In this document: one piece after another, positions 25,350 through 38,600 of the stretch | How the letters are laid out: every line of letters starts with the position of its first letter | Position numbering within the stretch: the first letter of the stretch is position 1 | Source of the DNA: Azolla caroliniana | Lineage: Eukaryota; Plantae; Polypodiophyta | NCBI GenBank assembly: GCA_043228905.1 | Contig: JBHGNT010000007.1 | Coordinates: 7,068,001-7,132,000 of the forward strand | DNA length: 64,000 nucleotides | Direction of reading: 5' to 3' | Program-made: the position numbers and the translations under genes | Notes under the pieces: model-generated | Seen by the model: the letters and a program-made list of their open reading frames with translations, nothing else | The model's database searches: none | Told to the model about the DNA's origin: nothing

Positions 25350-28112
25350 ATGAACAAACAAATGGGAAGCTCACTCCCTAGCGAAAAGCTAGACCGAAGC
25401 AACTATTCATCTTGGGAGTACAAGATGAATCAATACCTTATCGGCCAAGGGTATTGGAGCTACATCGACGGCGCACAAGAAAACAAACTCGAAACCACAC
25501 ACGCCAATTACCCAACGTGGAAGCAAGGTGCGAGTCGGGTAATGTATTGCTTGGCAACATGTGTAAACGACCACATGCTTAGCCACATTTGTGATGCCAA
25601 GACGCCCAAAGAGGTGTGGGAAAATCTCAAGAAGATTTTTGCTACGGACACATCCGCGCGCAAGCTTCAACTCCGGCAAGAGTTGAACAACATACAACAA
25701 AAAGAAATGTCCGTGACGGACTACACCGCCAAGATCAAGAGCATTTGCGACTCTCTTGGCTCCATCAACGTCAACATCGACGAGGACGAGATGGTGCAAG
25801 TATGCTTGGGCGGCCTCACACAACGATTCAACCCGTTGAGAACGGCAATCTTGGCGAGAGATACCCCTCCCTCGTTCTTCAACCTGCAATCAATGCTATT
25901 GGTCGAAGAAAACCACGTTCAACCAAAGACCAACACATCGAAAGGACAAATGCTCTTCTCCGATACGGATGGTGCCCATAGACGAGGTCGACGCGGAAGA
26001 GGTCAATTCGACCTATCCCACGAAGGGAATTCACAATTTTGGCAAGGAAACGGAAGCCATCGAGGAACCTTCACAAGAAGGGGGATCTACCATGCCGAAC
26101 AAGGTTGGCGAACGACGCCACCTACGTGCAACTATTGCGGCAAAATCGGCCATCGCAAAGAGGAGTGCCGAAAAAGACGAAGCGAGTCGGCTTCAACAAG
26201 CCGGCAACTCACAAATTACGCCACGAACGCAGAATACGCGGACTACAGTGGACTCTTTGTGATGAGGCATAGAGCGAACTCTATGATGGCCTCCGATCCC
26301 GCAAACTCTACAAGAACCTCCAACTCTGAACACGCGTGGTTCGTAGACTTCGGCGCCTCGCACCACATGACGTCGCACCAAGAGTGGTTTTGCGACTTGC
26401 GAACGCCGGATCGACCCGGCTACATAGAGATCGGAGACGATACTCCACATCCCATTCGGCACATCGACGATGTCCAATTCGGGAAAGAAGGCAAGCAAAC
26501 TTGCATCAAGAATGTCTTGCACGTGCCCACAATAACAAAGAATTTGGTCTCGGTCGGCCAAATCATGGAGCAAGGCATGCAAGTACGCTTCAACAATGAA
26601 GGTTGCTTCATCGAGAAAAACGGCTGACTCATAGCCAAGGGAGGGAGAGACGGTCGCTTGTTCATCCTCGACTCAAACGAGGTAAAATCAGCCATGTACG
26701 TCAAAGGTCTCAAGACCGAGACAAACATCGAGTTGTGGCACAAGCGAATCGGCCACGTAAACCTCCAACGGCTTCGCGGAATGCAATCAAAGGGAGTCGT
26801 AATCGGACTTCCGGCCTTCGAATCGAAACGAGTCAACCGAGTGTGCGAAGCATGCCAACTCGGCAAACAACATCGACTCCCATTCCCGAAGGAGAGCTCC
26901 GCGAGCAAAGGCCTCCTTGACATAATCCACTCGGACGTATGGGGACCGGCTCAAACGCCGACGCTCGGCGGATGCCGCTACTACGTCACCTTCATCGACG
27001 ACCACTCGCGCTACGTGTGGATATACCCGATGAAGAAGAAGAGCGAAGTGCTCTCCCACTTTCAAAGGCTCAAAAGCCAAGTGGAGAAAGAAACCGGTCG
27101 GCACATTCGATGCCTACGATTGGACGGAGGAAAGGAGTACTTCTTCGACAAGTTCACCTCCTACCTCCAAGGTGAAGGCATTCGTAGAGAATTCTCATGC
27201 CGACACACTCCCCAACAAAACGGAGTAGCCGAGAGAAGGAATCGGCAAATACTCAAGGTAGCACGCGCCATGATGCGTGAGAAGCACATGCCGAACTTCT
27301 ATTGGGCGGAAGCGGCATCCACGGCCGTCTATCTCATGAACCGGTGCACCACCAATGGAGTCCACGAGCTTACTCCATATGAGATCTTCGTTGGAAGGAA
27401 GCCCATCCTCTCGCACCTCAAGGTGTTCGGAAGCATTGCGAATGTACGCATCCCGAACGAAAGTCGAGAGAAGCCCGACGCGAAATCGGAAGAATGTATC
27501 CTCATAGGATACTTGTCCGCGAAAAAGGCGTACAAGTGCTTCAACCCCTCGACCCGAGTGGTGCGGATAAGTCGCGATGTCGTTTTTGACGAATCGGCAT
27601 CTTGGTATAAGCCCGATGCGACTCCATCCGACCCGATCGAGGAAGAGTTGAACGCCAACTCAGACGACGAAACTCGGCCAAGTCCTCCACCGAAGGACAA
27701 TCCAAGCTCTACCGAGCTAATTGGCTCACAAGAGCCTCCACGCGATGAAAACACGTCGCGGCCAAGTCCGACACCGGACAAAGGCAGAGGTAAGATGCCT
27801 GAATACGAAGTCGAGGTCCACCCCGACGACCGTGATTCGGATGATTCGGCTAGCTCACTAGACAGTGAGTTCGGTGTACCCATCATGAGGACACCCGGAG
27901 TAAAGAAGGCGCTCACATCAACAAACGAGAAACTCCGCCGCTCATCACAAGTGAAGACCCAAGTCACTCGTTACACCTACAATGAGTATATAGCCCATCA
28001 CTATGCCTTCGTGATGAAGGTAGTGGTTGAACAAGAGCCCGAGGATCCAAGCCTTCGTCATAGGCTTGAGGGGGAGAACAAAGCCGCGGAGAACCGCAGA
28101 ACGAAGCCATGA
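25350..28112 (+). pseudogene. Copia gag-protease-integrase polyprotein with one in-frame TGA (26625-26627)
   Basis: 425-aa and 484-aa ORFs in one frame: CNYCGKIGHRKEEC, WFVDFGASHHMT, LWHKRIGH, TFIDDHSRY, PQQNGVAERRNR. Confidence 0.9.
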
Positions 28113-28295
28113 AGACACGAAGAAAGTCGCGCAACGCCGCACAACAAAGCCGCGGAGAGCCGCGCAACGAAGCCGCGAAAACGCGACAAAGGCCGCGCAA
28201 CGCCACGAAAAACAAAGTTGCGGAGAACCGCAGAACGAAGCCGCGAAGATGCGAAGAAAGCCGCACAACGCCGCGAAGAAAGCCGCAAGCCGCAC
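28075..28295 (+). repeat. Degenerate tandem array of AAGCCGCG-type units in the 3' UTR of the RT-less Copia
   Basis: Repeated AAGCCGC(G/A); CGGAGAACCGCAGAACGAAGCC occurs twice. Confidence 0.75.
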
Positions 28296-29537
28296 TGATG
28301 CCGACGAAGTCGAAGGAAGCTAAAACGGACGTTGGACGCCTCACACTTGAGCTTGAGGGGGCGTGTTGAGATATCAAGCTCAACTAGTTTAATCTAGTTA
28401 GTCAACACATGTAACTTAGTAGTTACCTAGATCAAATCTAGTTAATGTGTTGACCTTAAGCCTTTAAATAGGACCTTGTACTTAAGTGGGATATTCTAGA
28501 TCCTCCACTCCTTAGTACATTTAATGTAGGACTTACACATAAGTACCTATGTTCTACCCACACATGTGCACCTTTGCACATGGGTTGTATATATACCTCA
28601 TTGTGGGCATTTTTGTATGTCGATGACACTTTTCAATATAGTCAATCATCCCCCATTTATCTTTGTGTTCAAGTGTAACTTCCTCTCTCTCTCTCTCTTC
28701 CTCTCACACACTCTCACACGCATATCATACTAATCTTCCCCTGCTTAACGTAACCATATAATTAGTCTCTAATTAACCCTAGTTAATTACCTAATTACTT
28801 AACAGACACATTATCGACTACATCGAGATTCTGACATTGTGGTGGGTCAACTCTTGTAGCGAGCGCGCCAACACTAGGTACGACTCGACGCCACGACGGT
28901 GGTATGGGATGCCGATCGCAGTTCGAGTCCATCTCGATCCCTTCGCTCAGGGGTGGTCGGGTGGATCGGCACCCTTCTTTCTCTCTCTCCTTTCTTATTT
29001 TCTATATTCTATCCTTATCATATGCTTACATTAGTAGCTAAGCTCTAACATGTTGATTAGTCAAACAAACAAGATGTATAGCAGATAGACAAGATTACTA
29101 TGTAGAGAAAGAGAGAGAGAGATGACTATGTGCTCAAAAGAAAATTGTATTGTATTAACCTTTGAACTCTTTTTTTTTTACAAGGTAACTAACCCACTTA
29201 TATAGTTAGGATAATTGTATGTTCACACTAGAGATACAAGACTTTTATCCCAACAATGCGGAGGCGGCACATGATGCCAATTGGAAATAGGCCATGGAGG
29301 AAGAGATGCACGCATTGGCTGAGAACAAGACATGGGACCTTATTGAATCCCCCAAAGGAGTCAAGCCGATCGGATGCAGGTGGGTGTATAAGGTAAAATA
29401 CAATGTCGACGACTCAGTCAACAAGTACAAGTCCCGACTAGTGGCCAAGGGCTACGTGCAGCAACATGGCATTGACTATGATGAGACATTTGCGCCAATC
29501 GCAAAGATGACAATCGTCCGTGTATTGCTAGTCGTCG

Positions 29538-32500
29538 TGTTGAGAATTGAACTCAACTTCCCATAGAAATAGGGTTCACACTAGCTCATGGAAATACCAT
29601 GCTAGTTTTGTTAGTAGAAAAGGGCCCTTGCCCTAGGTTAGTTGGTATTTAAACCAACCCTTTGTAACCTTGTTACTGTTGGAAGTATTTTGGTTGGATG
29701 TAATATATAGTAACCTCTCTCTCTCTCTCTCTCTCTGTTTTGCCTTACGTGCATACATACACACACATAGCCCTTCCGCAGCATCTCAGCCACTCTTGCT
29801 CCTCATCCTCTTTACATGGTATTAGAGCGTGTGGTTGTTTAATCATCCTCCTCATTTCTTGTGCGATGGTACATGCTGACGAACAATAGAACCGGCTCAT
29901 CAACAGAGAAGAAATCACCATGAATACTCATATGGGAAACGCTCTTCCGACAAAGAAGCTCGACAAAACGAACTTCGCATCTTGGGAATACAAGATGCAT
30001 CAATACCTTGTTAGGCAAGGTTATTGGAGCTACATTGAAGGAGCTCACGAAACGTAACCCAACCCAACACACGCCGACTATCCCGCTTGGGAGTAGGCCA
30101 CAAGCCGTGTGTTGTATTGCTTGGCATCATGCATACATGATCATATGCTAGGATATGTAAAAACGCCGAAACAAGCGTGGGAAAACCTCAAGAAAATCTT
30201 TGCGGCCAATACGGCTACACAGAAACTCCAACTTCGACAGGAGCTAAACAATCTGCAACAAAGGGATATGTTGATCACAAGTTACACCTTGAAGATCAAG
30301 GAACTATTTGACGCCCTCGATTTGATCAATGTCATCATCGATGATGACGAGATGGTGCAAATATGCCTCGGTGTCTTAGCACCTCAATTTGGCTCGATTA
30401 GATCGGCCATCCTTGCGAGAGAGAATCCTCCTTCCTTCTTTGATCTCCAATCGTTATTGCTTGTCGAGGAGAATCACGTGCGTCAAAGGAACAACACACA
30501 CGACGGAGAAATGCTGTATTCGAATTTCGATGGAGGAAGAGGACATGGTCGCGGGAGGAGAGGCCGATTCGGCCAAGGCTGACACAATCATGTGGCAAGC
30601 AAACAGATCCGGTCCCAAAGAGTTCAGCAGAAGGGGGAGTCATCATGACAAGCAATCGTAGAAACCCAATCGAATGCGGGTACTGCGGAAAACTCGACCA
30701 TTATGAAGAGGAGTGCCGAAAGAAGAAACACGAGGCAGGCCAACAACTTACTAATTACGCTTCGAATTCCGACTACGATGACCGTGGTGGAATGTTCATA
30801 ATGAAACATGAAGTGCACTCGATGTCTGCACAGGCTTCAACTAGCGCCTCCACCTCAAATAATGTATGGTTTGTCGATTCAGGAACATCAAATCACATGA
30901 CGTCTCATGAAGATTGGTTTCGGGAACTACGGAAGCCCGAACGTCCCGGATATGTCGAAACAGGAGATGACACGACTCATCCAATACAGCATATCGGGAA
31001 CGTCCCATTCGAAAACGACGGAAAACAAACCTACCTCAACAATGTACTGCATGTCCCCACCATCACGAAAAACCTAGTCTCAGTCGGCCAGATTGTCGAA
31101 CGAGGAATGCAAGTATGATTCAACAACGACGGGTGCTTCATCAAAACAGGCGGTCAAGTCATAGCTCACGGTCGTCGTGAAGGCCATATGTTTATCCTCG
31201 AATCGGACGAGGGGAAGTTAGCCATGTTCGCAAAGGGCCTCAAAGTTGAAATGGACTTAAATTTGTGGCACAAAAGAATTGGCCACATCAATCTCCAAAA
31301 ACTTCAGAACATGCAATCGAAAGGAGTGGTAATCAGACTCTCAAACTTTACCGTGAAGGAGATTACGGGTGTATGTGAAGCGTGCCAGTTCGGAAAGCAA
31401 CATCGACATCCATTCCCGAAAGAGTGGAATGTGAGCAAAGGGATCCTGGATGTCGTACATTCAGATGTATGGGAACCGGCCCAGACAAGGACACTCGGCG
31501 GATGCCGATATTACGTTACGTTCATCGACGACTTCTCCAGGAACACCTGGATCTACCTGATGAAACAAAAGAGCGAAGTGTTCGGATACTTCCAGAGATT
31601 CAATGCCGAAGTCGAAAAAGCTACGGATCGGCATGTACACTGCCTTCGATCGGATGGAGGCAAAGAATACTTTTTGGATGAGTTTACGACGTATCTTCGA
31701 AAGGAAGGAATCCGACAAAATTTCTCATGTCGTCACTCACCTCAGCAGAGCGACGTAATTGAACGTAAAAACCGGCACATAGTAGAAGTTGCGCGGGCTA
31801 TGATGAATGAGAAGAATTTGTCAAAATCGTACTGGGCAGAAGCGGCGAACATGGTCGTATACCTCATGAACAGGTGCATAACCTCGGGAGTACACGACAT
31901 AACCCCGCATGAGAAGTTCTTTGGAAAGAAGCCGGACTTATCACGCCTCCGTATTTACTGCGCAATCACGTACGTACACATTCCCGACAATATGCGACAA
32001 AAGCTCGATCCGAAGTCGGAGAAATATATCTTCGTAGGATACTCACTCGAACAAAAGGGGTACAAATGCTACAACCTATCTACCCGAAAAGTTCGAACAA
32101 GCCGAGACATAGTCTTCAACGAATACACATCCTGGTACGCACCAAAGAATACTTCGACTCCAACTCCGCTCAACGCGGATGACGCCGAAATAGAAATAGA
32201 AGCTGAGGATAGGCTCACACAGATGTTTGAAGACAGCCCAATCTCGACATGGCTGAGTGGGCCATCAGAGCCGCCAAGCGATGAAAGCACATCTCGGTCG
32301 AGTCTGAAGCTGGACAAAGGGAAGGCAAAAATGTGGGAATATGAAGATTAGGAAGAGACTGAGGTGCTTCACTCTCTCTACAGTGAATTTGAAGGTCTTG
32401 ATACTCACATAAATGGAACGAGGAAAGCCATAGTCCCCACGGATGTAGAGCTACGTCGGTCCACTCGTGAAAAAAATCTCGTATGTCGTTTCGGCTATGA

Positions 32501-34382
32501 TGAGTACATGGCGTATCATTATGCGTTCATGATGAAGGTAGCATCAGTACGGGAGCCGGAGACGCTTTTCAAAGCTGTACAAGATTCACGATGGGTCGAT
32601 GCAATGAATGAGGAAATGGAAGCATTATGCAAAAACGAGACCTGGGATCTCGTTCCTCACCCTCTGAACAAGAAAGCAATTGGCTGTAGGTGGATTTAAA
32701 AAGTGAAACACAATGCAGACGGCTCCGTAAATCGCTTTAAAGCACGGCTCGTTGCGAAAGGATACGCGCAAACGCATGGTGTCGACTATAAAGAGACCTT
32801 TGCCCCGGTGGCAAAGATGACAACTATGCGGACCGTAATTGCCATCACGTCAGCAAAAGGGTGGCACCTCCACCAGATGGACGTCAAGAACGCCTTTCTT
32901 TAAGGCGAATTGGAAGAGGAGGTGTACATGATCCAACCACCCGGGTTTGAATCGCGTAGTCATCCGAACGTCGTGTGCCGACTCAAGAAGCCTCTCTATA
33001 GCCTCAAACAAGCACCATGTATGTGGCACTCGAAGATCACGCAGTATCTTCATCAGATCGGATTTCAAATGTCAAAATCTGATGCTTCTCTGTACATTTG
33101 AAACGAGTTGGATAGCCCGATTGTCATCATCCTTTACGTGGATGATTTGGTCATCGGAGGAAAAGATGTAGCCAAGATTAACATGGTCAAATCACTTCTC
33201 TCTGGTAGATTTGAAATGAAAGACCTGCACGAGCTCCATTACTTCCTAGGCATTGAAATAATTCGAACACCGGTTGGAATAATGATATCCCAACGGCACT
33301 ACGTCCTCAACTTACTCTACAAGTTCGGAATGACAAAGTGCAAACCTATGTCTACCCCTCTCAATCGTAATTTCAAGATTGATGCTAACTTCGGCACGGT
33401 CGAGAGGGAGCTGACTCAGTATCGCCAACTGATCGGTAGCTTAATTTATCTAACCATCACGCGACCCGACCTCAATTATTCGGTCGGCCTGCTTAGTCAA
33501 TTCATGCAAAATCCGCGAAATCTTCATATGGATTGCGCTAGGCGGATCCTTCGGTATGTCCGCACGACGATGGAGTACGGCATGATGTATAAGTCGAATA
33601 CGATCATTCGACCCGAAGGGTACACAGATGCAGACTGGGCAGGATACAAAGCAGATAGACGATCCACATTCGGATTCGTCTTCTCTCTTGGTAGCGGAGT
33701 GATCTCCTGGAGTAGTAAGAAGCAACCGACAGTCGCATTGTCGAGCAACGAGGCCGAATACAGGGGCGCGGCGGTCGCCGCATGCGAAGCTGTATGGCTC
33801 AAGCGTATACTAAAGGAGTTGGGCATACTCATCAAAGATCTAATTCATCTATACTGCGACAACATGAGCAGTATCTACTTGGCGTGGAACCCCGTATTCC
33901 ACGCGCGGACTAAGCACATCGAAGTACACTATCATTTCATCCGCGAACGCGTACAGGCTGGAGATATCGATTTACAACATATCAGTACGCACCTCCAGGT
34001 TGCTGACATTTTCACGAAAGCCCTTGATCTCGACAAGCTACGACATTTCGCATCGAACCTTGGCTTATCTCTTCCCGACCAACCGAGCTTGAGGGGGAGT
34101 ACAAAACAGTGAAGCCGAACAAGGAGTACGCAACCGACGAAAAGCCAGACAATCAAAGTTCGAAGCGTTCTAAAGACCGATATCTGGAAGTTGTGTTCGA
34201 AGGGGCGTGTTGAGAATTGAACTCAACTTCCCATAGAAATAGGGTTCACACTAGCTCATGGAAATACCAGGCTAGTTTTGTAAATAGTAGAAAAGGGCCC
34301 TTGCCCTAGGTTAGTTGGTATTTAAACCAACCCTTTGTAACCTTGTTATTGTTGGAAGTATTTTGGTTGGATGTAATATATA

Positions 34383-34432
<50 letters not shown>

Positions 34433-34479
34433 GCCCTTCCGCAACATCTCAGCCACTCTTGCTCCTCATCCTCTTTACA
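29538..34479 (+). mobile_element. Full-length Ty1/Copia element with several stops
   Basis: LTRs 29538-29816 and 34208-34479; TSD CGTCG/CGTTG (29533-29537, 34480-34484); PBS TGGTATTAGAGC from 29817. Confidence 0.95.
29920..34112 (+). pseudogene. Copia gag-pol polyprotein (disrupted)
   Basis: [81 protein letters not shown]. Confidence 0.92.
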
Positions 34480-35656
34480 CGTTGCAACGGCAAAGGGGTG
34501 GCATCTACATTAGATGGATGTAAAGAATGTGTTCCTACAAGGCGAGCTTGAGGAACAAGTGTACATGGTATAAACCCCCTGATTTCTATCTGAATTCAAC
34601 ACATCAACAGTTTGCCGACGGAAGAAGTCCCTTTACGAACTAAAGTAGACCCCCCGTGCTTGGAATGCAAAGATAATGTAGTGATTGCATCGGATGGGGT
34701 TTCAACCTTCATAATCGGATTCTTCACTATTCATTTGGCTGGGTTCAAACGATTGGCAAGCATCCTGCTGGCAGCATCGTTCGAAATGAAGGACTTGGGG
34801 GACCTTCATTACTTCCTCGGAATCGAAGTGATCCACAACCCGGAAGGCATACTAATTAGTCAACGACACTATGTATTGAGTATGCTCTTCAAGGTCGGAA
34901 TGATAGATTGTAAATACATTGCAACTCCTTTGGAACAAAATGTCAAGCTTTGCCAAGGATCGGGAATGACATGCGACGCAACACAGTTCCAATTGCAACT
35001 CCTCTTGACCGAAATGTCAAGCTTTGCCAAGGATCGGGAACAACATGTGACGCAACATAGTTCTGACAAATTGTTAGAAGCCTCATATATTTGAATATCA
35101 CTCGACCAGACTTGAGCTATCCGGTCAGATTGATCAGTTAGTTTATGTCGTAGCCTTCCATCGAACACCTTCAATGTCATGATATGGCAAAACTCGAACC
35201 CATGACCTTATGTTACATGGGTCGAGCTCTTGACCATTAGACTATAGGTTGTAATACAAAAATATTATTTTCATTTAAGTTTTACTATAGAAAATTGATG
35301 TATATTTCAGATTTCTCTAGAACATTCTAGAAACTTCGGGAGTACTCCTGAGAACACTATAAAAGGAGGCACAAGGCATTATTTCGAACCAAATCGGTTC
35401 AACGCCAGTCTTAAGCCTCCTAGCCATCCTTGTATATTCTTTTCACATCATATATCGCTGTCATCATCATTCTCTCTCTCTCTCTCTCTCTAGTGTTCTA
35501 CACCCTCTTTTTCTCTTAGTACTAATTTCCTCTCTGTCTCAATACTATTCCTGACAGTTTGAACCGATTTCCCTCACCTCTTTCCTCCTTTTGCTTTTAT
35601 CTTCTTACGTTTCCCTCCCTTCATGCTAATATCTTATTCCTCTTTCCTCTCATCCT

Positions 35657-38600
35657 ATGACCACTGTTAGTGCTCAAGAATATCAATCCGTTTTCTTGGA
35701 GGTGCAATGCTTGAAAGAGAAGTTCCTTGCTTTGGAACAAGAAAATCAACGGTTGTTGGAGGATCTTCAACAAATCTCCTTAGAAAAGCAGAAGATGCAA
35801 CAACAACATGGGGAACTAGCGTTACGCGTGCAACAACTCGAAGCAACCATAGTAGTGATGGAACAACAAGGACCCAGTACGCAACGGATTCATAAAGAAC
35901 CCAAGATCGGCCTTCCCATGAAATTCGATGGAACGCGATCGCAGTTTAGAGGATTCCTTAATCATGTACGATTAGTCATTCAAATGCATCCTTCCCGATA
36001 TCCCACCAATGCATCACGAGTGGTTTTAGTTGGCACGTTATTAAGTGGCTCAACTTTGGCATGGTTCGCTCCGTTGTTAGAAAAGGAATCTCCTTTACTA
36101 AACAATTTTGAAGAGTTTTTAGGTGAGTTTAAAGCCTGTTTTGGAGATATTGATAGCATAAGCACACCAATAAGCAAAATCCGACGATTATGTCAAGGTG
36201 ATCATCCAACCTCCACATACCCTGCAGATTTCCGCCTACTCGCCTCCGATATCCCTTGGGATGACCAAGCACTAATGGAGCAATTTCATTATGGTCTACG
36301 TAACGATGTCAAGGATTTACTCTTGACCTTCCTCGAAGAACCAAAGTCATTGACAAAAGCAATCAGTCGCGAGGTGAGATGCGACAATCGTCTTTTCGAA
36401 CGACATTCAGAACATCAATTCCAAATGCCAAGGGCAAGATCAGAGCCCACCTACGCCTCAACGGTAGCTAAACCTTATCCAAGGGAGTCATATAATGCGT
36501 CTCCAGTGAATACTCCAACTCCGATGGAAATTGACACTACACGTCGTCGCAGACCATTAGTGGAAGAAGAAAAGTAACGACGTCGAGCAAATCAACTATG
36601 TCTTTACTGCGGTGTACCAGGGCATATTGCAGTAAACTGTCCCCATAGGCCAAGAATACAGGTAAACCAAATAATTGCTAGTTCTAATTGTACTAAACCC
36701 GAGTCTATTTTAGTAGGAATATCTTATAGTCCTAATAGTACTAATAGCCCAAATCTATCGAACAAATTTGATGTACTTAGTCAGTTAGAAGAAGAGTTAA
36801 ACAACTAACCCCAACCAAAATAGGAGCCGTTTGGTTTAAACGACAGCCCCTGATCTGTGCAGCCCATTAGTGGTTCCATTCCCTCTAAGCAAATTAGCAA
36901 TGTGTTCTTAGCCCAAGTAACAATTAGTACTAAAAGTACCTCTCCAATACATGTCTTAGTATTCCTAGATTCCAGAGCTAATTCTTGCTTCACGGATAAG
37001 AATTTTGCCCAAGCTCATCAAATATCCCTAAGAAAACTCTCGTGTCCAGCCTCTATAGTAGTCATTGATGGTCGTCCCATTGCTTCTAGAAATATCATAG
37101 AAGAGTCAGAGCCCGTTAATATTGTCCTAGATAATTTAGCGTGTGTAGTATCATTTAATATAATTAGTATCCCAAAACATCCCATTGTTTTGGGATTACC
37201 ATGGTTCAAATTGCATAACCCAGACATAGATTGGAGAACAATAGAAATCTGGTATCGACAAACCTGACGATCTACTCATAAGATTGCAAACATTTCTCTA
37301 CATCAGTTGCGTGAGGAAGGACGCAAGGGAGAAATGTTTCTCTTCGTAGTATCAGTAAAACCCTCCAACACCACTAAAGAGGACTCCACCATTCAACTTC
37401 CAGAGAAGTATCATCATTATGCCAATGTGTTCGATAAAGTACAAGCCAATACGCTTCCTCACCATCGATCGTATGATCGCCCCATCAATTTACAATTGGG
37501 AAAATAGCCACCATGGGGACCGATCTACAATTTGTCACCAACCGAGCAAGAAGTCCTTTGAGCCTATATAGAGGAGAATTTGGCAAATGGTTTCATTTGA
37601 CATTCGAAATTTCCAGTCGGCGCACCCATTTTCTTCGTTAAGAAAAAGGATGGATCACTTCATCTCGTCATAGATTATTGTGACTTGAATAAGGTCACCA
37701 TTAGGAATAGGTATGCACTTCCCCTTATCTCAAGTCTTTTAGAACGCATCAATGGTGCAAGGTTCTTCACAAAGATCAACTTACGAGGAGCATATAACCT
37801 CGTACGGATTTGACTAGGAGATGAATGGAAGACCATGTTTTGCACCAGATATGGGCACTTCGAGTATACGGTCATGCCATTCGGCCTCACTAATGCACCA
37901 ACAATCTTCCAGCACATGGCAAATGATATATTCCAAGATCTCTTGGATGTTTGTTTGATCATCTATTTGGATGATCTATTGGTTTATTCGAAGACCCAAC
38001 AAGAGCATGATTCTCATGTACTGTTAGTACTAAAATGACTTCGAGAACATGGTCTTTATGCAAAGCTGGAAAAATGTAGTTTCGGGTGCAACCAGATAGA
38101 ATTTCTGGGCTATGTCATTTCCTCGGAAGGCATCTCCATGGATCCAACTAAGGTCGAAATGGTGGTAGAGTGGCAGACTCCGCATTCGTTGCGAGATGTG
38201 CAATGCTTTTTAGGCTTTGCCAATTTCTACCGCAAGTTTATACAGGATTACTCAAAGTTTGTTCTGCCTCTCACACAACTTACCAAGAAGGGACAATCGT
38301 TCGTTTGGTTTGCAGAAGCAAACATGTTTTTTGAGAGTCTTACGAAGGCATTTACATGAGCTCCTATTCTAGCTCATGTTGATCCGGAAAAACCATTCAT
38401 CATTGAAGCAGATGCGTCGGATTTCGCATTGGGTAGCATTTTGTCACAACAAGGCGATGATGAAAAGCTACATCTCGTGGCTTTCCACTCACGCAAGTTT
38501 GACGCCACCGAAATCAACTATGAAATTCATGATAAGGAACTATTAGCAATAGTGGACTCTTTTACGCAATGGAAGCATTTTCTAGAAGGATCTTCTCATC

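Larger units (their letters stand above)
24736..28804 (+). mobile_element. Young non-autonomous Copia element (gag-PR-IN, no RT/RNase H)
   Basis: Near-identical LTRs 24736-25173 and 28364-28804; perfect TSD GACAC (24731-24735, 28805-28809); PBS TGGTATCAGAGC 25174-25185; PPT ~28355-28363. Confidence 0.95.
24482..29255. mobile_element. Two solo LTRs fused tail-to-tail (24482-29050 +, interrupted; 29051-29255 -)
   Basis: Single TSD ATGCG at 24477-24481 and 29256-29260; removal restores REPEGYAEAAHDANW; junction CTAACA|TGTTGA. Confidence 0.75.

Noticed and set aside
26625-26627. In-frame TGA between protease and integrase as possible programmed readthrough
   Set aside because: The relative has a sense codon at this position (~31154) and CGA-to-TGA decay explains it.
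28830-28975. Possible 5S rRNA (Cassandra-like), tRNA or hammerhead ribozyme inside the LTR
   Set aside because: No 5S match, cloverleaf or CUGANGA/GAAA core visible; only a B-box-like 10-mer.
34920-35055. ~73-bp tandem duplication in host Copia RT, and short repeats at 22250-22320
   Set aside because: Ordinary decay in a dead element.
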